In this document: positions 58,966-64,000 of the stretch, in pieces | Layout of the letters: each line of letters begins with the position of its first letter | Numbering within the stretch: position 1 is the first letter of the stretch | Source of the DNA: an uncultured SAR86 cluster bacterium | Lineage (GTDB): Bacteria; Pseudomonadota; Gammaproteobacteria; Magnimaribacterales; D2472 | Direction: 5' to 3' | DNA: 64,000 nt | NCBI GenBank assembly: GCA_902557645.1 | Contig: CACEAP010000004.1 | Location: forward strand, 80,649 to 144,648 | Made by a program: the position numbers and the translations under genes | The notes under the pieces: model-generated | The model's database searches: none | What the model was told of the DNA's origin: nothing | Seen by the model: only the letters and a program-made list of their open reading frames with translations

Positions 58966-59886
58966 TTAACTATTAATAAATTTAATAGTTGGCTTACCAA
59001 ATTCTGACCACCACTCTAAGCCCATTAAATGAATTCTTTCCAAGTTTATCTCTGAAATATCATCTAATTTTTTATTAACTTTTTCTGTAGCTGAATTAAT
59101 TCTTAAATATTTATCTTTCATTAAGTCTACGGATATCTCATGATCCATATTCTGTTCAAGCATTATTCCAATAACATCATTTCTTAACCAACCTAATGCG
59201 CCCCATTTTCTTGAAGCAGGTCCATCTATCTTTTCTCTATCAATACCTGTACCAATGCTTAGTACTTTAATTTTATTAGTTTTAAAATAATTAGTTGCTT
59301 TAACGTAACCAATTAATGCGGGATTATTAGAAACTATTCCCCCGTCAATATGCCAGCTACCATCTTCTATTTCTGATGTTGGGTAATAAATCGGTGCTGC
59401 GCTAGTTGCGTTGGCAGCACTTACTGCGGTGATACCAGGAGTATCAATACTGCTTAATAATGCAGGGCGTCTGTTCTCAACATCATAGCTTAGTGTCATT
59501 ACTGGCTTATGCGCTTCTCCCATAGAAGCATCTGAGAAATACTTCTTTAGTAATTCACTTTTACCAATGCCGTCATATTTAGGTCTTGTATGTAAAAATG
59601 ATGTTCTATTTTCCCAAGAAGTAGACATAGATGACAGAATATTATCCCTAGACCAAAATTCATGAAGTTCACTAGCATTCATTTTATTTATTGCGATTAG
59701 CAATGCATTCATACCACCTGCGCTTGTACCCACAAACATATCAAATAAATCAAAAACAGACTTGCCAGTTGCTACTTCTAATTGTTTAAGAAAAATTATG
59801 CCTGCAATAGCTCTAACTCCACCTCCATCAAAAGATAGAACTCGTTTAGTTTTAGTTCGTGAAAATAACTCAAAGTAATTCTTCAT
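58966..59886 (-). CDS. patatin-like phospholipase
   Basis: Oxyanion motif DGGGVRA, lipase serine GTSAGG, and the catalytic Asp context IDGGIVSNNP. Confidence 0.88.
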   Translation of the reverse strand: MKNYFELFSRTKTKRVLSFDGGGVRAIAGIIFLKQLEVATGKSVFDLFDMFVGTSAGGMNALLIAINKMNASELHEFWSRDNILSSMSTSWENRTSFLHTRPKYDGIGKSELLKKYFSDASMGEAHKPVMTLSYDVENRRPALLSSIDTPGITAVSAANATSAAPIYYPTSEIEDGSWHIDGGIVSNNPALIGYVKATNYFKTNKIKVLSIGTGIDREKIDGPASRKWGALGWLRNDVIGIMLEQNMDHEISVDLMKDKYLRINSATEKVNKKLDDISEINLERIHLMGLEWWSEFGKPTIKFINS

Positions 59887-59923
59887 GGTAGGTATGAGGT
59901 GAATGAAGAATTAGTAAAAAATA

Positions 59924-60337
59924 TTAATCTGGATTTGAGGATCCAGCTCCTCTGCTATCTGCTCTAGAATTTCTATCTCTAATATCAGCATTTCGTTCCA
60001 TTCTTTCAGCATTCATAGGAAGAACACCCATCTTTCTATTATCTCGATCTATAACTGCTAATGATTTTTTCTTTTGGTCTTCCTCATATCTAGCATTTAA
60101 CTCTTCCTGAGTAGGAATCGGAAAATCTAAGATTCTTTGATGTAAAACCTGTAAAGCTTCTAGTTGTTTGCCTGAATATTTACCAGAATTTATAGAAGTC
60201 ATTAAGTCATTTGCATACTTCTTTTGCTTTGCTAATTCTTCTTCAACTGTTGAAGGGCCAGATCCAGATGCTGCAAGGTTCATGCTATTTAATAGTGAAC
60301 AAGTAATAAAAAAACCGAGTAATATTTTAAAATTCAT
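59924..60337 (-). CDS. secreted protein, unknown family (paralogue 1)
   Basis: Signal peptide. Shares GP.(T/S)VE(E/D)…KQ…ANDL…INSG(K/R)Y.GK.L..L…H……P.PTQE..N and a terminal NP(D/N) with the adjacent gene. Confidence 0.6.
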   Translation of the reverse strand: MNFKILLGFFITCSLLNSMNLAASGSGPSTVEEELAKQKKYANDLMTSINSGKYSGKQLEALQVLHQRILDFPIPTQEELNARYEEDQKKKSLAVIDRDNRKMGVLPMNAERMERNADIRDRNSRADSRGAGSSNPD

Positions 60338-60373
60338 AATAATTAGTCTCCAATAAGTTAATTATAAACTATT

Positions 60374-60823
60374 TTAATTTGGATTATTCCCTATAGTTTC
60401 TCGCATTTCTCGCATCTGTGTTTTGGATTCACGCATATTATTGTTTTGATTCTTAAGATTATTATTATGTGATTTTATTTTATTATTCATTTGCTCAACC
60501 ATTGCCGTATGAGCTTTATTAACTGATTCTTGTGTAGGCTCAGGTCGATTTATCATTTTCTTATGCATCATTTCTAGACGCTTTAATCTTTTGCCTTTAT
60601 ACCTCCCAGAGTTAATAACAAGGAGTAAATCATTTGCTGCCTCCATTTGCTTGGCTTTTACATCTTCTACACTAGGGGGACCCTTTAGTTCTGCTATATC
60701 TAATTTAATCCTTTCCATAATCTGTCTATCTTGGAAAGATTGCTTGCTTTTATCTTCAGCCTCTAAAGATATCAGTATAAAGGGTGTAAGTAGTAACAAA
60801 ATATAGAGTTTAATATTTTTCAT
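60374..60823 (-). CDS. secreted protein, unknown family (paralogue 2)
   Basis: Signal peptide. It is colinear with the 59924-60337 product and has a charged, Asn/Met/Arg-rich C-terminal tail. Confidence 0.6.
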   Translation of the reverse strand: MKNIKLYILLLLTPFILISLEAEDKSKQSFQDRQIMERIKLDIAELKGPPSVEDVKAKQMEAANDLLLVINSGRYKGKRLKRLEMMHKKMINRPEPTQESVNKAHTAMVEQMNNKIKSHNNNLKNQNNNMRESKTQMREMRETIGNNPN

Positions 60824-60889
60824 AAATAGCGCCTAAAAAATAAGTTGGTCTTTTAATATAGACTAATCTGGATTAAATAAGTTCAAAAG

Positions 60890-61480
60890 TTAGAATTTTC
60901 TTTTTTGAGGACTGCATTTTCCAGAACCCTGGATTTCTACTTTTGGATTCTTATTTTTACTGCCATCAGTTTTGGTAAGCCATATATCAGCATCGATTCT
61001 GCCTTTACCTGTATACCAATTTACTGAATTGCTTACTCGATATAAATCTACTTTATAGTCTTTAAATATTGGGTGAATCTCATCAGGCATCATGGTGGTA
61101 AGAATTTCAATTCCTTTATCACTATTATTTTCAACCCACTTAGCCTGAGGATTAATCCATGTGGGTGAAGGTTCAAATATATAATTAAGCTTAATCATGG
61201 TGTCATCTTTTTTATTTATTTCCCAATACTGGGTAATACTAATTGGGTCTTTTTGCCAAAACTCTTCAGCAAAATTACTTTTTGCTTTTTGCAGTAGAAA
61301 GATAGATTGTTGGGTTTGGACTGCAAGATTTCTAAATAAGTCTATTCCTTCAGATAGATAATTTTTTGTAACATCTTCATAAGTAATTGAATAAGTTCCC
61401 TCAAGCTCACATATGACTTTTGTTGTCTCACTATGAAGGTTTGGGATAAGAATTAATAAAAATAATAACTTATATTTCAT
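60890..61480 (-). CDS. 196-aa secreted protein, unknown function
   Basis: Signal peptide MKYKLLFLLILIPNLHS. Its ATG overlaps the rhodanese stop by 4 nt. Confidence 0.55.
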   Translation of the reverse strand: MKYKLLFLLILIPNLHSETTKVICELEGTYSITYEDVTKNYLSEGIDLFRNLAVQTQQSIFLLQKAKSNFAEEFWQKDPISITQYWEINKKDDTMIKLNYIFEPSPTWINPQAKWVENNSDKGIEILTTMMPDEIHPIFKDYKVDLYRVSNSVNWYTGKGRIDADIWLTKTDGSKNKNPKVEIQGSGKCSPQKRKF

Positions 61481-61812
61481 ATCTCTTCCTTTATTACTCT
61501 ATCATTTGATAATTCTTTTGCAGATTGTAACCCACCTGCATTAATTACATTTGTATAACCTAGATTAGTTAAAATTTTCATAGATTTTCCGGCTCTATTA
61601 CCACTTCTACAATATAAAATTATTTGCATATTTTTATCTGGCACTATTTCTTCTATAGATCCAGCGATCTCATCCCAATCAACTCTATATGCCTTAGATA
61701 AGTGTCCCTCATTCCATTCAGATTCTGATCGAACATCAATAATTACAGCATTGCTTAAATCAGAAAAAATATTCATCGAAACCACCATACTTATTGCTAA
61801 AAGTAATTTCAT
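61477..61812 (-). CDS. periplasmic single-domain rhodanese (PspE-like)
   Basis: Signal peptide, active-site loop CRSGNRAG, and a 111-aa length. Confidence 0.85.
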   Translation of the reverse strand: MKLLLAISMVVSMNIFSDLSNAVIIDVRSESEWNEGHLSKAYRVDWDEIAGSIEEIVPDKNMQIILYCRSGNRAGKSMKILTNLGYTNVINAGGLQSAKELSNDRVIKEEI

Positions 61813-61842
61813 TATTTAATGTCCTTATTAAGTGCTGTAAAC

Positions 61843-62253
61843 CTACAAAAGCATGTTTTTTTTACCATTAACGTCTCTGATATCAATATTCCAGACCGAA
61901 GTTGATTGTCCTATGTGAACCGGTGTTGCTTTTGCATAAACAAAACCTTCACTAATTGAGCTAATATGATTAGCATTAATTTCAAGTCCTACTGCTATTT
62001 GTTCAGTGTTATCAAGAACTAAATTTGCGCCTATGCTGCCTACAGTCTCCGCCAATACACATGAGGCTCCGCCGTGTAAAATATTAAAGGGTTGCTTTGT
62101 TTTCTCGTTGACAGGCATCTTGGCTTCTACAAAATTGTCAGCTATTTGGGTAATTTCTACTTCTAGATGTTTATCCATATTTACCATATCAGCATAAGTA
62201 TCGGTATCTTCAATAGATTTGTGCCAAATATGCTCTTTTGTAAGCTTTATCAT
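61843..62253 (-). CDS. PaaI/YbdB-type hotdog-fold thioesterase
   Basis: NILHGGASCVLAETVGS and the 136-aa length fit this family. Confidence 0.82.
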   Translation of the reverse strand: MIKLTKEHIWHKSIEDTDTYADMVNMDKHLEVEITQIADNFVEAKMPVNEKTKQPFNILHGGASCVLAETVGSIGANLVLDNTEQIAVGLEINANHISSISEGFVYAKATPVHIGQSTSVWNIDIRDVNGKKNMLL

Positions 62254-62364
62254 GTTGATGATTTTATCATGACTAATTTAATAAATAATTAATATAAAAG
62301 TTGAATTATTTGACTAACGCTTCGAATAAAATATTATGAGATTTAAATATTGTAAGAGAGGCAT

Positions 62365-63333
62365 ATGAAAACAAAAATAACAGAACTATTTAAAATCGAA
62401 CATCCAATTATTCAAGGCGGTATGCATCATGTAGGTTTTGCTGAACTGGCTGCTGCTGTTTCTAATGCAGGAGGTCTTGGTACTATTACAGGCTTAACGC
62501 AAGGAACGCCTGAAAAATTAGCTAATGAAATAGCAAAATGTCAAACAATGACTAATAAACCTTTTGCCGTAAATTTAACCTTTCTACCTTCTTTAACTCC
62601 CCCAGATTATCCTGGTTTAATAAAAGTTATTATTGATGCGGGTGTGCCAATAGTAGAAACCGCAGGTAGAAATCCTGCAGAATATCTTCCTGCACTTAAA
62701 GAAGCAGGTATAAAAGTTATTCACAAATGCACCTCAGTTAGACATTCATTAAAAGCTCAGTCAATAGGATGTGATGCTGTTTCAGTAGATGGTTTTGAAT
62801 GTGGCGGTCATCCTGGTGAGGATGACATCCCTAATTTTATATTGTTGCCTAGAGCTGCAGAAGAATTAGAAATACCATTTGTTGCTTCAGGCGGAATGGC
62901 AGATGGTAGAAGTTTAGTTGCAGCAATGGCGTTAGGAGCTGAAGGAATGAATATGGGAACTAGATTCATAGCTACTCAAGATGCACCTGTACATCAAAAT
63001 GTTAAAGATGCAATTGTAAATGCAACCGAATTAGATACTCGTCTTATTATGCGCTCATTAACTAACACTGAAAGAGTGCTAAATAATGAAGCTGTAGAAA
63101 GACTCATGGAAAAAGAAAAAGCCCTTGGAGATGATCTTAAATTTGAAGATATATTAGATGAAGTTGCTGGTGTATATCCTAAAATTATGCATGAAGGCAC
63201 TATGGAGGTTGGAGCATGGTCTTGTGGGATGGTTGCAGGTTTGGTCAATGATATTCCAACAGTTGAAGAATTAATAAATGGAATTATGTCTCAAGCAAAT
63301 GAGATAATTGAATCTAGATTGAGTTCCTTTTAA
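62365..63333 (+). CDS. nitronate monooxygenase / FabK-like FMN oxidoreductase (NMO family)
   Basis: IEHPIIQGGM…, GFECGGHPGEDD and ASGGMADGRS follow the typical NMO/NPD pattern. Confidence 0.85.
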   Translation: MKTKITELFKIEHPIIQGGMHHVGFAELAAAVSNAGGLGTITGLTQGTPEKLANEIAKCQTMTNKPFAVNLTFLPSLTPPDYPGLIKVIIDAGVPIVETAGRNPAEYLPALKEAGIKVIHKCTSVRHSLKAQSIGCDAVSVDGFECGGHPGEDDIPNFILLPRAAEELEIPFVASGGMADGRSLVAAMALGAEGMNMGTRFIATQDAPVHQNVKDAIVNATELDTRLIMRSLTNTERVLNNEAVERLMEKEKALGDDLKFEDILDEVAGVYPKIMHEGTMEVGAWSCGMVAGLVNDIPTVEELINGIMSQANEIIESRLSSF

Positions 63334-63369
63334 AAATCAATACAGACAGTTAATTTGGAGTATAAATAT

Positions 63370-64000
63370 ATGAGTCAATCTAATGAGGTCTTCTTAGGTA
63401 AAAAAAATTCTGTTGCTAGATTTAATCTTACAACCAAAGAAGCAATTTGGAGTGTAGGTATTGATGGTTATCCATATATATTATCTTGCTATAGCGATAG
63501 GCTGTTAGTTCAAGGTACAAACTTTTGGGGTAAATACTTTCACATCATGATTAATGCGAATACTGGGGAGCAAGTATGGGCTACGCCTAACTACTACAGC
63601 ACAAATGCAATTAATTGCTACATAACTCCACATTATTACCAAGGCAATATTTTTTTTATGAATGCAAAAGGTTATATATGTAAGTTATGTGGTGATTCAG
63701 GCGAATTATTATTCCAAACAAAATACAAAAAATGGTACGAGTCAGCCTATCTGATAACAATTACTGATGAGAATATCTATCTCATCTCAAAGAAAAAAAC
63801 TTTTAAAGTGTGTGAGATGTCAGGTGAATGTACAGAAGTTCATGAATTAGCTAGATTAAGTAAAGATAAAATTACAGCTGCCTATGGAAATGGAGTTGAT
63901 CAGGTAGCATTATTTTCTGTTATTGCAGCAACTGCTGCATCAGGTGATGGCGCGGCCGCGGCTGGTGGCGGAGATGGTGGTGGTGGCGATGGTGGTGGCT
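63370..64000 (+). CDS. hypothetical protein, 3' end beyond the window; Gly/Asp-rich GC spike at the edge
   Basis: The ATG at 63370 opens a frame that runs to the window end (MSQSNEVFLGKKNSVARFNL…). It is absent from the track because no stop is reached. It ends …SGDGAAAAGGGDGGGGDGGG. Confidence 0.5.
   Translation, partial: MSQSNEVFLGKKNSVARFNLTTKEAIWSVGIDGYPYILSCYSDRLLVQGTNFWGKYFHIMINANTGEQVWATPNYYSTNAINCYITPHYYQGNIFFMNAKGYICKLCGDSGELLFQTKYKKWYESAYLITITDENIYLISKKKTFKVCEMSGECTEVHELARLSKDKITAAYGNGVDQVALFSVIAATAASGDGAAAAGGGDGGGGDGGG

Noticed and set aside
58966-59886. The patatin-like phospholipase as a CBASS-type (CapV-like) defence effector.
   Set aside because: No cGAS/DncV-like nucleotidyltransferase or other defence genes are adjacent. 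Its neighbours are housekeeping-like or secreted unknowns.
1-64000. CRISPR arrays, IS elements, integrons, prophage, toxin-antitoxin or other known defence systems.
   Set aside because: I looked for regularly spaced direct repeats, terminal inverted repeats, and transposase, integrase or Cas-like ORFs on both strands. None were seen.

Overview
This is a visibly AT-rich window (about one-third GC by eye, not computed) of densely packed bacterial chromosome. Its gene content resembles a streamlined marine gammaproteobacterium of SAR86 type; that assignment is inference only. I saw no rRNA, CRISPR array, integrase, transposase or phage genes. About 65 coding genes are supportable, plus one tRNA-Gly(GCC). 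The first 30 kb has a phosphorus theme. It holds a glycerophosphodiester phosphodiesterase fragment, a beta-propeller phytase, two TonB-dependent receptors and a 976-aa internally duplicated lipoprotein. It also holds a PiT phosphate transporter, PPK2 plus a short Ppx/GppA, and a PhoB/PhoR-like two-component pair. A complete gspC-D-E-F-G-H-I-J-K-L-M type II secretion operon sits inside this block. Direct repeats of TGTCACA-like 7-mers at 11-bp spacing, matching the Pho-box pattern, lie upstream of several of these units. The remainder encodes two acyl-CoA synthetases, GGT, an unlinked prepilin peptidase and an indoleamine-2,3-dioxygenase homologue that lacks a canonical start codon. It also encodes a divergent L33-like gene, a translationally coupled SGLT/GH3/glucokinase operon, pyruvate kinase and malate synthase G. 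A second receptor locus combines a TonB-dependent receptor, an M64-like cadherin-repeat lipoprotein and a PqaA-like hydrolase. Several small secreted proteins of unknown function are also present. The strongest candidates for undescribed biology are the Pho-box-headed receptor/duplicated-lipoprotein/phytase locus coupled to the T2SS, and an orphan GC-enriched, purine-rich transcription unit at about 37.47-37.73 kb. That unit has its own promoter and terminator but no plausible ORF. All functional calls come from motif recognition by eye and gene order; no searches were run.
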